64,000 bases of DNA from the human T2T-CHM13v2.0 reference genome, Homo sapiens. Position numbers and translations under genes: made by a program. Positions 1 through 15,249 of this stretch are shown here, one piece after another. The stretch lies in NCBI RefSeq assembly GCF_009914755.1, contig NC_060947.1, one strand, 5' to 3'. Position 1 is the first letter of the stretch. Every line of letters starts with the position of its first letter. Below the pieces are notes generated by a model, which was not told the DNA's origin, did no database searches, and worked only from the letters and a program-made list of their open reading frames with translations.

Positions 1-1296
1 TATAGTTTAGCTTTGAAACAAAGATGGTAACAGTCCTTACCCAAAACAAATCTTACTGCCTGTGGACTGGACAGTCTAAAGCCACAAGATTAGAAGTTAT
101 GGTAATCTTAATAAATTCAAGATGTAGCTAGTTTCATGAAACCAGTATCAATGTCTTACTTATTAAAAATTACATAAGCAAATATTATTCTGTCTTGGGC
201 TAGGTTTGTAGTTCTGTAACTCCTATGCCAAATTTTGACACCCTATAGTATGTGGCAGGGGTTAAGTATGAAATTGCTTGATTAATAAATGCAAACAAAA
301 ATGTATGCTGGACAGTCTTAAGACATTTCTAATATTACTTTACCAATAATTTTAAAGCTAGGTTATTTATTGAAGATTTTACTTAAGTTACATAAACTTC
401 AAAAAGCATTTGACTAGTGTTTTCTTTTTTCCTGATAAAGTATTGGATCAAGTGCTTTTATTAAACCAATTAATTAGAACTCTTTCATACATTTTCAGTA
501 GTGAAACTTTGTGTACACACCACATAAATACATAGACGTATTAGGCATGCCAATAGAAGCACATTTTATAGATTCATAAAAACCTTTTTTTCCCTATCTT
601 GGACCTTCAAATTCTTGATAACCTGTTTTACTACCCTATGTAGTTGTCAGCTAAATAGCTTTAAATTTGCATATTAAAGGAAACAACTCAGGTGAAAATC
701 AAATAGCAAAATTTACATCATAAGGCATGGAGAGAAAAAGTCTGGTGTGCTAGAGGGAAATTAAAACAGATTTAATTGCCAATTAAACATAAACTTATAG
801 AAATTATAAAGGCCTTTTAAATATATACACACACAAAGATTCTGTAGCTTTTACTTCAGAACTTTAGCCATGAGATAAATACAAATTCACCTGCTTGCGA
901 AAAGAACTTGTTGGATTCAAACAGTGGCTTTTATCTGAATAGAAAAATAATAGCAGATTTAAAGCAGGCAGAAAAGAAAATAGAGGAAAAAGAGGACTTA
1001 GGAACTCTATAGTATAAAGGTCGACCTTAGGGTTCTTTTTCCTTCATATAAATGTGCACAAAGACCATATTACTTCCATTTTACATAAACTCTGGCAAGT
1101 CGAGGTGCCATCAAACCTATGGAGTGTTCACAAGGGTGTCATTCTCCTTGTTTTCTCCTCATTCTCAGATTATTTGTTTCTCACTTTTTTTTTCTTAAGA
1201 GGAGGAACTGAGCTATGGCCTAGGGTTTTAGTGTGGTGGATCTGTGTGTGCTGCTTGTGGGCAGGACTCCACAGTGTATCACCACTGAGTCCTTTC

Positions 1297-1724
1297 TGTC
1301 AGGCCTCTGAGCCCAAGCTAAGCCATCATATCCCCTGTGACCTGCACGTATACATCCTGAAGCAGATGAAGAATCACAAAAGAAGTGAAAATGGCCGGTT
1401 CCTGCCTTAACTGATGACATTCCACCATTGTGATTTGTTTCTGCCCCACCTTAATCTGAGCGATTAACCTTGTGAAATTCCTTCTCCTGGCTCAGAAGCT
1501 CCCCCACTGAGCACCTTGTGACCCCCGCCCCTGCCCCCAAGAAAACAACCCCCTTTGACTGTAATTTTCCACTACCCACCCAAATCCTATAAAACGGCCC
1601 CATCCCTATCTCCTTTCACTGACTCTCTTTTCAGACTCAGCCCGCCTGCACCCAGGTGAAATAAACAGCCTTGTTGCTCACACAAAGCCTGTTTGGTGCT
1701 CTCTTCACACGGATGTGCGTGACA
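1297..1724 (+). mobile_element. Solo HERV-H LTR (LTR7 family)
   Basis: Begins TGTCAGGCCTCTGAGCCCAAGCTAAGCCATC and ends GCGTGACA (TG...CA). TATAAAA at 1588 and AATAAA at 1660. Flanks CTTTC/GTTTC are a 5-bp TSD with one mismatch. Confidence 0.9.
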
Positions 1725-1832
1725 GTTTCCACCCCCTTACATTTCTCAGTTTCTCTCCCCAGTGGTCTATGACCTCTGAAATGACTCAAAATGCCGGGTG
1801 ATCAGCCCTTATATGTGTTTCCTGGAAGAGCC

Positions 1833-2131
<299 letters not shown>

Positions 2132-3534
2132 GCCTTTTTTTTTAAACTAATTTTTGTTGGGGATTTCCCTGTAGGACTGCTGCACATTGTGGGAGATTAA
2201 CCCCCCAGACACCCCTAGGAGGCCCCTGGTCACCCAGGGGTGCCTTTTGGCTGGGAGGAGAACAATGCCTTTTCTCTTCAGAGCTAAGAAAACTCAGTCT
2301 CTCATTTATCTATTAAAATAACAGCTCAGCTCCTCACACAAATGTGCACAGACAATCCGAATCGAGATTAACTTTGGGAGAAAAAGCAACAGAGAAGACC
2401 CTTTAGAATGCATCTCTGAACTAAAATTAGTATCTTTAAACAACAACTTCCTAGGAGAAGAAAAAAAGGAAAACAACAGCCAAGACCTCTTCCTGTAAAC
2501 TGGGCTCAGCCACCACTACTTTGCAGCTCTTGTCCGCTATTATACTCACCAAGGTCAAATCCTCTCACAGTACAAGGTAAATCTCTGGTACCTCCAAAGA
2601 TAAAGAGGTCAGGTCATGCAATACAAGAAAACAGAGCTTTAGACCTAAGAAGAATCTGCCCATGACTCTTGAAACTCCACAAGGAAAACAGAACACCCCA
2701 AAAGGGGTGAGTAGCGCCTTTGTTCTGAATTCTTTAAAGGGGTTCAAGTCATTAGAAGCCTTCTCTAGGTTTTTTGGTACTGCAGATGGCAAGGGGGAAG
2801 GAGGTATAGAGTGGAAGAAAAGTAAACGAAGGATTTTTTTTTAAGACAAGCAAACACAGGAATCAAACACGTGGTTTTTTGTGTTTTGTTTTGTTTTGTT
2901 TTTCCTTTTTTTTGCAGCTGCGAGGAACTTTAGCCAAATTAAAGAGGATTTGTTATTCATAATTTGGAATTCTCACTCGGATTTGACCAAGTCGGGTAGA
3001 GTCGGTCAAACCTGATGGGAGAAAGACCAGAACGAACAATAACAACAAAAAAACCAACAATATTATCACTGAGCGCTCTAATGGTAAGGAGAAATTAAGA
3101 CTAGCTGGTTATTAAACTTTAGCCAAGACAAAACCCCAATTCAGCTACTTACCTAGGGACAGGTCTCAGGCTGAAGACTGCTTTCTACCATCCTAGAAGC
3201 AGGAACAAAACCTCAAACTCGTCTTCCCTGCTGGGAGCGAGCTCAAACTCCATAAAGGAGTTACCTGCCTTCTATCATTATGGAAGCAGGAAATTTTGCC
3301 TTCCTTGTTGGAAGCAAGTAAAACTCCAAGAAAAGGGGAGTTGTAAAGCAAAATAAACTAGATCTCAACCAAATTTTGGGAGATCTGGGATTCTCTGGAG
3401 GGGGACCTCAGACCTCAGCAAATTGTCCTATTGGTTTGAGCCATAAAGTTAGCTCATGCTGGTCCCAAACACTGATAGGAGATTTGTCAAAGGTCGGGGC
3501 ACCCCCACTCAGAATCCCCCCATGGTTACCAAAA

Positions 3535-4008
3535 TGTGAACCCCAAATATCTGAGACAGGTCTCAGTTAATTTAGAAAGTTTATTTTGCCAAGGTTGAGG
3601 GCACGTGCCCGTGACACAGCCTCAGGTGTTCCTGATGACATGTGCCCAAGGTGGCAGGGGCACAGTTTGGTTTTATACATTTTAGGGAGACATGAGACAT
3701 CAATCAGTATGATGTGTAAGATGTACATTGGTTTAGTCTCGAAAGGTGGGACAACTTGAGGCAAAGGTGGGACAACTTGAAGCGAGGAGGGGGTTTCCAA
3801 GTTATAGGTAGATAAGGACAAATGGTTGCATTCTTTTGAGTTTCTGATTCACCAGTCCAAATAAGCCAATCAGATATGCATTTATCTCAGTGAGCAGAGG
3901 GGTGACTTTGAATAGAATGGGAGGCAGGTTGGCCCTAAGAAGTTCCCACCTGGACTTTTCCCTTTAACTTAGTGATTTGGGGACCCCAAGATTTATTTTC
4001 CTTTCACA
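3535..4008 (-). mobile_element. MER4A/MER4A1-type LTR (5' LTR of the MER4 provirus)
   Basis: Minus strand starts TGTGAAAGGAAAATAAATCTTGGGGTCCCCAAATCACTAAG and ends GGGGTTCACA. Contains an internal duplication of AAGGTGGGACAACTTGA. Confidence 0.8.
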
Positions 4009-4014
4009 GTTTAC

Positions 4015-4145
4015 TTTTATTGTCTGTCTTCCCCTCTGGAATGTAAATTCTATGAGGGCAGAAACTACATCTGTCTTATCTCTACTTCCTGAAAAAGTAC
4101 CTGACATATAGCAGGTATTCAAAAAGGTAGCTTGAATAAATGAAC
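4015..4145 (+). mobile_element. L2 3'-end fragment
   Basis: GAATGTAAATTCTATGAGGGCAG...TTGAATAAATGAA resembles the L2 3' terminus. Confidence 0.55.
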
Positions 4146-7100
4146 TAATCAAAACCAATTGAACAATAAACAAGGCAGAATGAAAGTGTATTTAATTACA
4201 CATAAGATAAAAGCTATGAGAATACATAAGAAGGGATGATTAATTACCATTGTTAAATGATAATAGTTACAGTGAGATAAGGTTTAAGGCAAAACTAATC
4301 TATGCTGTCAGAATTTAGAATGATGTTTTGTTTTGCAGGGGGCTGCAGGTAATGACTAAAAGGGAATGTGAGTCAGGCTTCTAAAGTGCTGGTAGTATTT
4401 TGTTTCTTTATTTGTTTACTGGTTACCCAGGTATGTTCAGTTTGTGACTATAAACTTATGTGCACTTTTCTGGATGTATAATGTTCTTCAATAAAAGATT
4501 AAAGTTGGGGAAAAACATAGTTATATGGACCATATTACATCAAAGTACTATAACTGATGTTCATAATGATGGTCTAATTCATCAAAAAGATTAAGTTTAG
4601 TGTGACTATTTTCAAAAACGTCAAGTGTATAATGTAGTTTTAAAAAGATTTCCATGAAAAATAGTTAACATTATGCCACGATGTTGTGTCTATAACATGC
4701 TGACTTAGATGGAACACCTTATGTTTCAATGACACTCAAGAAGTAAGGTATTAACACATTAATATCTTTAGAACAACCACAAACACCATGCTGGCATTAT
4801 TGCCCCTGATTTTGCAGAAGTACCTGAGGGAGGTAACTCGATTTCTTCAGTTGCACATAAAGAAAGTGGTTGCTCCAAGACCAAGATTCCATTTACTCTG
4901 ACTTCAGGAGCAGGACAGTATGCTTCTTTCAATACATGGTAATATGGAAAAGGAGAGGCAGATCCAATGGCATTGAGCCATCTCAAGGAGAAGGGTCTGC
5001 TAAGAAGATGATCTGTGAGTGGCCCCCACCTTCAAGACTCTTCTTGAGTCTTCAAGTTTTGAACATCTCCCATGCCTCCTCCTCACTTCCTTTGAGTGGT
5101 ACTTGGCATTCTTTTGAGCAGTGAAACCATGATTTTTCAACAGATATTCATGAACTCTTACCATGGTTATACCTTGGTTTAGTAGAGCCATCTTTTATTT
5201 CTAGGGGCCATTGTGCATCTATTCTCTGGTTGTAAAGAGCAACAAACATATGCAGAAATGACTCTGAAAAATGACTATATTCTGTTGAGGTCTAAAAATT
5301 TTACCCTAAAGCATGGGTAACCACTTCAGCATTCAAGTTCTACAGCTGATTGACTTTGACTCAATCAAGGACTATCAGGTCCCAATTGAGTGAGGAAGTG
5401 GAGTGTTACAGGAAAAGGAAGAAATGAGGCCCACTCTGGTATACAGTGGTTCTGAGAAGGCTAGGTTTTCCAGGCTGTCATATCTGGAGGGCTTAGTGCA
5501 GGCCTCTTCTTAAGCAAACATGGTAAGTGCATGCAGATCAGATAAAGCCCACATAGCTACAGAGCCCCATGAGCCTCAGAAAGGGCAATTCTATGGCCTG
5601 GGAAGAGCCTGAACTTGATCCAAAGCTCTGAAGTAAACTTCTAGGTAAGATCCATAATTGACATAAGACCTGAGACCAGATTAGTTGAACAAAGCCACAC
5701 TTATCCTCCCAGGCCTATGAGAGACCATTGGTAGAGAGTGGGAGGCACCGTGTGGCAGAGAAAGAGTCATTGCCCCCTAAAATTCCAAGTAATGCCAGTG
5801 TTTTCAACCCTGTAGTGGATGCTATGGTTGGTCATCCCAGATTCCACCTTCAGGGCTGAGACAGTCACTCATTAGCCCAGCTGCCAGGAATGTTGGTGGC
5901 TGGTAACCATCAGCTGAGTCTCTGTCCAGGAGTTTCTGTAAGCCAAAAAGAGCCACTTGCCTCAAGGTCCTGCTGCCTGCATAGAGGTAGACATCATCCA
6001 ATGACCATTTATGACAGGAGTTGAAAGCCTGGTCCCTGTGTCTCAAAGTGAGACTAAGGGGCCATCCTTGGGAGATCAGCTGAGATCTTTTCTGTGACTG
6101 TATCACAGCTCACCTCCACCCAGTCCTGCTTCCTTCACTTTCCCACTTTCAATGTTCACTTCAACACTTCCGGGTATCAATCTTTGTGTATAGGAAGATC
6201 CTTAACACACTTCCTATACACAAAGCTCTGGCTCAGAGTCAACTTCCCCAGAAACAGAGAACCTGACTTCAAACAATCCCTTATTAAAACATAAAAGGTA
6301 TCGTAAGTTTAGAAATCAGAAAGGCCATGAGTATAAATAGCTAAAATATGAATGCAGCAGAAAATACCTTCCTTAGAACATTGTTTTAGAAGTGGCAAAC
6401 TAGGAAACTTTGAAAAGAGGTCAGTATGAAACTGTGATTTTTTTAAAAAAGATTTCATTTTGACTTAGTTTTAAGGGTGTTTCAGCCTGCAGTTATTTCA
6501 GAACTAGAGATCTAAGCAGATGTGCTGAGTTTTCATTCGTGGAAAATTTTGCATCAATAGACCAAGGGTTGATATTTTTAATGTCTAAGAAGCTCATACA
6601 CATCAATAAATAAAAACATGAATACTTCAAAAGACATAAATGTTTAATGGTGTGAGTATGCAACTCAAAAGCAGCAAATAATAACAATCTCTAGTAATAA
6701 AAAAAGTAATCAAAACTAAACAATATTTTCCCTATTAAATTAGGACACATTAAAAAATTATAAAATGTCTAACCCTGGTGAGATTTTAATGAAACATAAC
6801 TGTTACTTACTGCCAATGGTGAGCAAATTGGCACAGTCTTTTTGGGAATCACTTTAACATTTGATATTAAAACTAAGAGAATAATATTACTTGTTAAAGC
6901 AATTCTATTTCTGGAAATCTATCCTAAAGAAATAATTCCAAATGTGGGAAAAGCTTTTCTCTACGTATTTTTTTTTATCACAACATTAACTCAAGTTGAA
7001 AAAAACATGAAAACAAATACATGTGAAATTTGTTTAAAAGAGTCACTATATATATATTTCATGGGCTGTTATGCAATCATAAAAAGTGATTACAATGAGT

Positions 7101-8329
7101 TTATGAAAATTTGAAGAATGCTTATAATTTAGTGTTAAGTGAAAGAAGACACATACTTTTTCTATTTCCTCTCTGCTGTTGAGTAGAAAGTTTCTCTTCC
7201 ATTGATACCACTTTAAAACTGTTATATCCTGCATTTAAACTATGTTTTTTTATCTCAACAATTTAAGATGCTAAAAAGGTGTTTTCTGTGTCAGTTTTAC
7301 TTACTTTTAAGATGATTCTTATGTTGGATATGATTCATTCACATTAGTTTTCTCTAGGAATTGGACAGAATGGTTCACTGAAACTTTGACTGGAACACAG
7401 CACAGTAGCAGGTTAAAACACTGTCCTACTGTGCAGTGGTTTACAATAATTTTAGGGCTTTTAAACACTCCTGGATCATTGCCTTAACTGTATTTGCTGT
7501 AGTAAATGCAATAAGATTTTACTTAACCACCAAAGAGATTTTGCCTCAAGGTCATTTCACCCATAAAGCCATCAACAGTAAAGCTCAAGGGCATTCTGGC
7601 AGGGATATGGCAACCTGCTGTTGTTAGCTCTGGTAGGAAGAGCTGTACTTCAAGCTGAACTTCATCATTAACTGGTCAGTCCCCACGTTATTTGAGCAGT
7701 GTCCAGCCAGAAGTGAAGGTAATGGCTTTGTATTTTGTACACATGTTCCAGAGTAAAATCCACAGTGAGGTACTGGAAACACAGAAATACTTCTACTATA
7801 TTGCATTTCTCTGCATTTCTAGAACAATAGTCCTTAAGGGAAGAAATGCTCATTAGATTGCTTGGTCTGTGACTTCCTAGACCTCATTGCCCTGGATGAG
7901 TTTGACACATACAAGTCTATTCCTTTACCAGAGCAATACTTGGAAAGTCACATACATATCAGCAAGAAATGTGTCAATTTTCAAATGCTTTGAATGTTTC
8001 GGGCTTTAAAAAAATTTCAAACCCAAAAATATGGTGAGAAATATATCATCTTTCCTCATGTCATATAACTTTGCAAAAATTATTCCTAATGTGTTAAAAT
8101 ATCTTAGCTACTGCACATATAAAGTTAATGGTTTTCTTATTTTTCATACTTGAATGTTACTGCCTTATTCCTTCTCATTGGGTTGTAATTTTCCATAACG
8201 GGTTAATAGAAGACTGGATTTTAAGGTCAGTTAATGTTTGTTAGAACCATATTATTTGTCCCAAATACAGATAATTCATATGCACTGCTTTACCAAAAAT
8301 AAAAAAATAGAAACAACAAAAAAGAGGGA

Positions 8330-9410
<1,081 letters not shown>

Positions 9411-9417
9411 AATAATA

Positions 9418-9863
<446 letters not shown>

Positions 9864-9905
9864 TCACTGAGTGACTTTCTATTCACTAACTCACCAGCTA
9901 TGAGA

Positions 9906-10546
9906 TGTAGGGGCCAAGGTCCTTGGCTCTCTGGAGGCTTGAAAGTGATATGAGGCAGACTAATAGGAGAAAAGGCATACAAATTTAGTTAATGTGCATA
10001 CACAGGAGCCTTCAGAATGAAGACACAAAGATACAGGGGAAATGGTCCATTGTTATGCCTAGGTTCAACAAAGTATGGACAGCCATGTAGAAATATAATT
10101 GGAAAAGAAGGGCATTATTTCATGTTAATAAACCGTGTGGGAAGACACAGCAAGGTCTATCTTCTTGGCCTCTCTGAGCAACATTCCTTGTCTAGATTTT
10201 TCTTGGCCTCTCTGAGCAACATTCCTTCCTTCTGAGTGTGGGGCAGGGCCATCTCTGGAATGAGGGTCTTATGACTGACAAACAAGGAAGGTCAGATAAT
10301 TTCTTTATGGCCAATTTTTACACAGAAAGGCAGAGGGAGCATTAGAATAATAATTTTAGGTTTTATGACAAGTTTTGTGGGGAAGGGGTTCTGGTTTCTA
10401 TGACCCAGCTTGGGGAAGAGGGATTATAATTTCTATGGCTGGCCTTGAGGAGAATGGGACTGAGACATGCGGGCAGAAGGTCAGAGAGAAACTTTTGCCC
10501 TCTTTCTAACGCCTTCATTTTAGGCATTGTTTTCTGAGCCCCAACA
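9906..10546 (-). mobile_element. Solo ERV1 LTR, MER39-like
   Basis: Minus strand starts TGTTGGGGCTCAGAAAACAAT and ends CTTGGCCCCTACA (TG...CA). Confidence 0.6.
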
Positions 10547-10610
10547 GTAAAAATACCCCCAGAATAGATAGAAATAGTCTAGATTATTATATCAATAATT
10601 GTGTAGATTA

Positions 10611-10935
<325 letters not shown>

Positions 10936-12252
10936 TCAGAGATTAAGGGAGAGCAAAGTAAGATACTGAGCATATAAAATCCTGGTCCAAATATAATCCA
11001 AAGTTTCTCCACCCAAGAGAAAGGGATATAAAAAATTTAAAAGCCCTTAGAATCCACAGAAGGTATTCTCCTGACAAATTGCAGCTTATTGCATAGGCCA
11101 GAAAAGGTGTTAGGAATGCATGTGAAAACACATATTATCCTGCAAATCTCTTTTTTAAATAAAACTCTACCCATGGACCATTTTTCCAAGCATCCATTAG
11201 TATTTAAAACACAAACCCAATTGAAAAATTTTACATTTCACTTAGGGACACACCAAGGAAGGGGTTGGAGGGAGGGGGAGAACATAAAGGTTAGAGGCCT
11301 GAGGATCTGCCATTCCTGATTTAATGTGCCAAGAAACAGATACCCTAAATGAGTTAGGGTTACTGGATCTGCCTTTCCTCAAAGCAAGGAAATAATCCTA
11401 TTGAATATATCTCCCCTCTGAGGCTGCTTTGGAACTGCTGTTTCACCCTAAATCTTCTCTGGATCCTCTTGGCAAATGGCTTTGAGATGACACAATGAAA
11501 ATGGACTTTGGGTCTTGTTTTTAATTTCATTCATGCAAACGGAAAGATGGGTTCCATCTAAAAGTTCTGATGTGGACACTGGCAAGTGTTGGAAGTAACA
11601 CAAACACAAAACAGGCAAGAAGATGAGGAGAAAAACAGAGAATACAAGAAGAGATGAAAGGAGGGAAGAAAGACCCTGTATATGATTATTTGGAGTTAGG
11701 AAAGGAAATTGGATTGCCTAGAATGGCAGACACTTGGAATAAGTGGGAACCCACAACATTTACTGATGGATACAGCTTCATTAGGAGATAATTGTTAATT
11801 TAGTCTAAAAGAATGAATAGGGAACATCCAGGTAAAAATTTATATATAGAGAGAATGAAGCCCAGGATGCAGCACAAATAAAGGTGTGACATTATGTGCT
11901 GCTATTACTAGTGCATAGAATGTGTGTATATTGAGGGTGGAGGGTGGGGCAGGTGAAGAAATGTGTAGAGGGTCAAAACCAGGAAACTGACATTGGCACA
12001 ATACAATTAATTTGACTACAGATCTTATTCAGATTTACCAAATAACAGTGTTTTAAAAATTGAAGTGTTGACATTTCAACAGTGACATGTATATTAGTCA
12101 GGTATCATTACTAATGGCTTATGTGGACCGTCATTCAGAAATAACTTCAGTGATGCTGGTGAACATGTACTAACCTATATAAGTACATTTCCTGGTATGA
12201 GGCACAGATGGCCCCTGTCTTAGGGAAGTGTGCAGTCCAGTTGGGGAGCTGA

Positions 12253-12799
12253 TGTAGGGGAGGAAAAACAATTTTCTCTTTATCCTTCGTAGTTCTTAGT
12301 TGAGATGGATCCTTGTATCAAAGGTAAATTAATAGGAGAAAAACAAAGTCTAATAACATGTATGCTTCATGTATACAAGGGATATATTCAGGGAGAATGA
12401 GTAAATCTCAAAAAGTTGGCTTTGAATTCAGGCTTAAAAAATCATCATTCTCTAAAGCAAAGAAAGAGAAGAAGACCAGTTATGGGGAGATAGCTAGGAA
12501 AAGGAAAAGCATGGTAAAGAAGGATAAGGTTTGTTACACAGATTTAAGTTGATTCCTTCTCCATTGACAAGAGTCTTTATTGATTTAGAATCATTCCTCT
12601 CCTCCTGATACAAAGAGGGAGACACCCTTATAAATGAATTATTTCCTTTATAGATGTAAATTTCCCTTACAAAAGGATAACCTCTACTCTGTTTTCAGAG
12701 TTTCCCCTGTGTCTGCCATTTCTCAAAATAATCTTTATGCCAAAAAGCTATATTTTGGGGTGGCATATTCTGGTCTCCTACAGTCACATTTTGGGGTGG
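12253..12799 (-). mobile_element. ERV1 LTR, MER34-like
   Basis: Minus strand contains TGTAGGAGACCAGAATATGCCACCCCAAAATAT...GGCATAAAGATTATTTTGAG and ends CCCCTACA. Confidence 0.55.
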
Positions 12800-13301
12800 T
12801 GTTGGGGTGGAGAGAACAATACCACAAAGTATAGTGCTTGGGCATGCTGAACACTTTTGAATTAAAGGAAATCGGAAGGCCTTCGAAGCTACCTCAAAAC
12901 CAAGGACTTTCTAACCTTCTCTGGTTTTTCCCCGACTAGCACAGGGAGAGAATCTTTCTGGAATTTCCTCATCTGACTAAGAAATCTTCTTTCCAAATAA
13001 AATGCAATTGTCTTAAGACTCCCTCCCTAGGAATAAATAACCAAGAAAAATTAACCAGCAGGGACGAAAAAACACAAAAAGTTGTCACTATGCCCAGACA
13101 GACTTTTCATCTATTCTTCTGAGGACAGCTCCAAGAGATTACCTGGGAAACTTTATCTGCATAATAAAACAACCATTGTTCACAATGAAGTTCTGCCCCT
13201 CATCTTCCTGCTACCTCACCCAGAGCTCGGAGGAACTCTGTCACAGGTCATTGTTATTTGGGTTCATTCGTTTCCCCTGAAAATCATTTATTACCCCTCA
13301 C
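12800..13301 (+). mobile_element. ERV1 LTR fragment (MER4/MER39 group), cut by the adjacent provirus
   Basis: Starts TGTTGGGGTGGAGAGAACAATACCACAAAGTAT and has an AATAAAA-containing R region. Subfamily uncertain. Confidence 0.45.
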
Positions 13302-13869
13302 TGCTAGGTGGGGTGTCAGAGCCCTGGCATCAGAAAGTGATCGACTCATGGGTTGGTAGGAAGAATTTACCAATGACAGTATAAGTTTGAAAAAGGAAAG
13401 TTTTATTAGAAAGAAATAATGCTGTAGACGAGTGCAACGGGGCACCTCAGAAAGACAGGACTGAGTGTGCCATGGTGGATTTTTTTCCTCAGGGGTATTT
13501 ATGGACCTTAAAGCAGGAGCTTAAGGGTAATTTGGAGTATATTAGTCACAAAGGTCATGATAAATGATTACATTTGTAGACATTTTGGTGCCTTAATGTC
13601 AGCAATGGTTGCACAAGGAGTTTCAGTTTGCATGCATTCCAGGGATGTATAGAAATTCTAGTTACTTAAAAATTTGGGGGAAAGAGACCTGGAACCAGAT
13701 GCCTGCTTTAGATAATAGGGAAGTCTAATTACTTCTGAATTCCTCAGATAAGGAGTTTTGTCTCTAGATGGTCTGCTTGCTGGTCACCAGGTGATCTTGC
13801 TCTCCTCATTTTCTGCCTGAAAAATATCTTGGTCAAATCTTTGACCCTTCATATTCCCCCATACTCATG

Positions 13870-14900
13870 TCTAGCTGCTGCCTCTTAGGGTCTCAAGAAG
13901 AAAGGGAAAATGGCACAGTGAAGAGCGGTGTCGAGTCTGGTTACCTCCTGCTGAAAGGGAGCATTGAGGGGATACATTGTGTTTTCCCCTTTCTTGCTCT
14001 CTGTCATGAAGGGAATGAAAGTCATGAAAACTTGTTCACAGGGAAGACTGGATTCCATCAAGAATCCCCTTGTAAATGGAAGTTGCTGTTGCAGGCCAGT
14101 ATTGGGATTGCATAGTCATCTGTAGATGGAATCATTGTAATCAGGAAGATATAAACTTAATAAGAGCGTTTAAGAGGCAGGGACCAAATATTAAAACAAG
14201 AATGATATGGATGAAAGGTGCAAAGAACGGGGGAAGCCAAGTGATTTATGGAAACCAATCAGTAAAGGTTTTGGGCCAGTCTTGGTTACCTTGGGAAAGT
14301 GTGTGTAGCCATTTGGCTTGTTTGAAAATTTCTTGGACCTTAATTTTCACTTCTCCAGACACATTAATATAGATGCAACAGATTTTGTTGATGACAGCAC
14401 AGACTTCTCCTTGCTCGGCTTGGAGGTAATCTAGAACTCATCTATTCAAAAACCATTTCTGCTAGTGAGTTTAAAGACTTTTCTAGCACCGATAGACTTG
14501 CACTAGCTTTGGCTAAGGCTATTTCAAGGGAGGCAGTAAGTTCTCGTAGTGTGATTTTATGGTAAGTAAAACCTCCCCAAGGGGCAAGAATTGCAATGCT
14601 TCCTACAACTCCAGTCACAATAAATCCTAGGGCCCTTTTTCTTCTTGAATGGAATTATAGATTGGAAGTTATGCTCAAGACAGTAATTTGGATGGGAGCT
14701 ATTGTTCCCAGAGTGCAATCACCATAATGAAGAGAGAATTATCAAGGTGGTATAGTGCCAAAGCTTGAAAAGGGTTTAAATAATTCTTAGCAGTGCCACA
14801 AAGCCATAAGAGCCCAGGATGGGCAGGTAATATAGTTTCAAGCTTTTTGGACTAAGAGGTCCTCCACTGCTGAGGCTTTTAAGTGGGTGCTGGGGGGCCA
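13870..14900 (-). pseudogene. env remnant (SU/TM junction and TM)
   Basis: Minus-strand translation shows furin site SRRKR|ALGFIVTGVVGSIAIL near 14620-14650, an immunosuppressive-like NR*VLDYLQAEQGEVC and CAVINKICC (CX6CC) near 14360-14450. Contains stops. Confidence 0.8.
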
Positions 14901-14929
14901 TCCCTAGGATACTAGGTCTAATGTTTTTG

Positions 14930-15160
14930 AAAAATATGCCATAGGGTCCTTAGAGAGCCCCAGATTTTGGGCTAAGAATCTTAAACCTATTCCCCTTTGT
15001 TCATGTACATACAAAAAGAAAGGCTTAGTCAAATCTGTTAGGGCCAAGGTCGGGGCTGAGATTTAAGCTTGTCTTAAAGTGTTTAGAGCATGCTTCATAT
15101 CATTAGTCCAGGATAGAGGTAGTTCCTCAATTCCCTTGAGGGCTCACATAAAGGTTTTGC
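14930..15160 (-). pseudogene. pol remnant (RT connection/tether region)
   Basis: Minus-strand translation LSWTNDMKHALNTLRQA*ISAPTLALTDLTKPFFLYVHE matches the gammaretroviral APxLALPDxxKPFxLYV motif. Confidence 0.75.
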
Positions 15161-15249
15161 TATTAATCCAAAGGAAGGAATCCATATTCTGGCAAAGCTA
15201 CTGTTTAGTTTCTGGAGTTGTCACATTTAAAACGAGATCTTTTCAAGCA

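Noticed and set aside
13870-14900. Domesticated syncytin-like env
   Set aside because: There is a stop in the immunosuppressive domain, frameshifts, and most of SU is missing.
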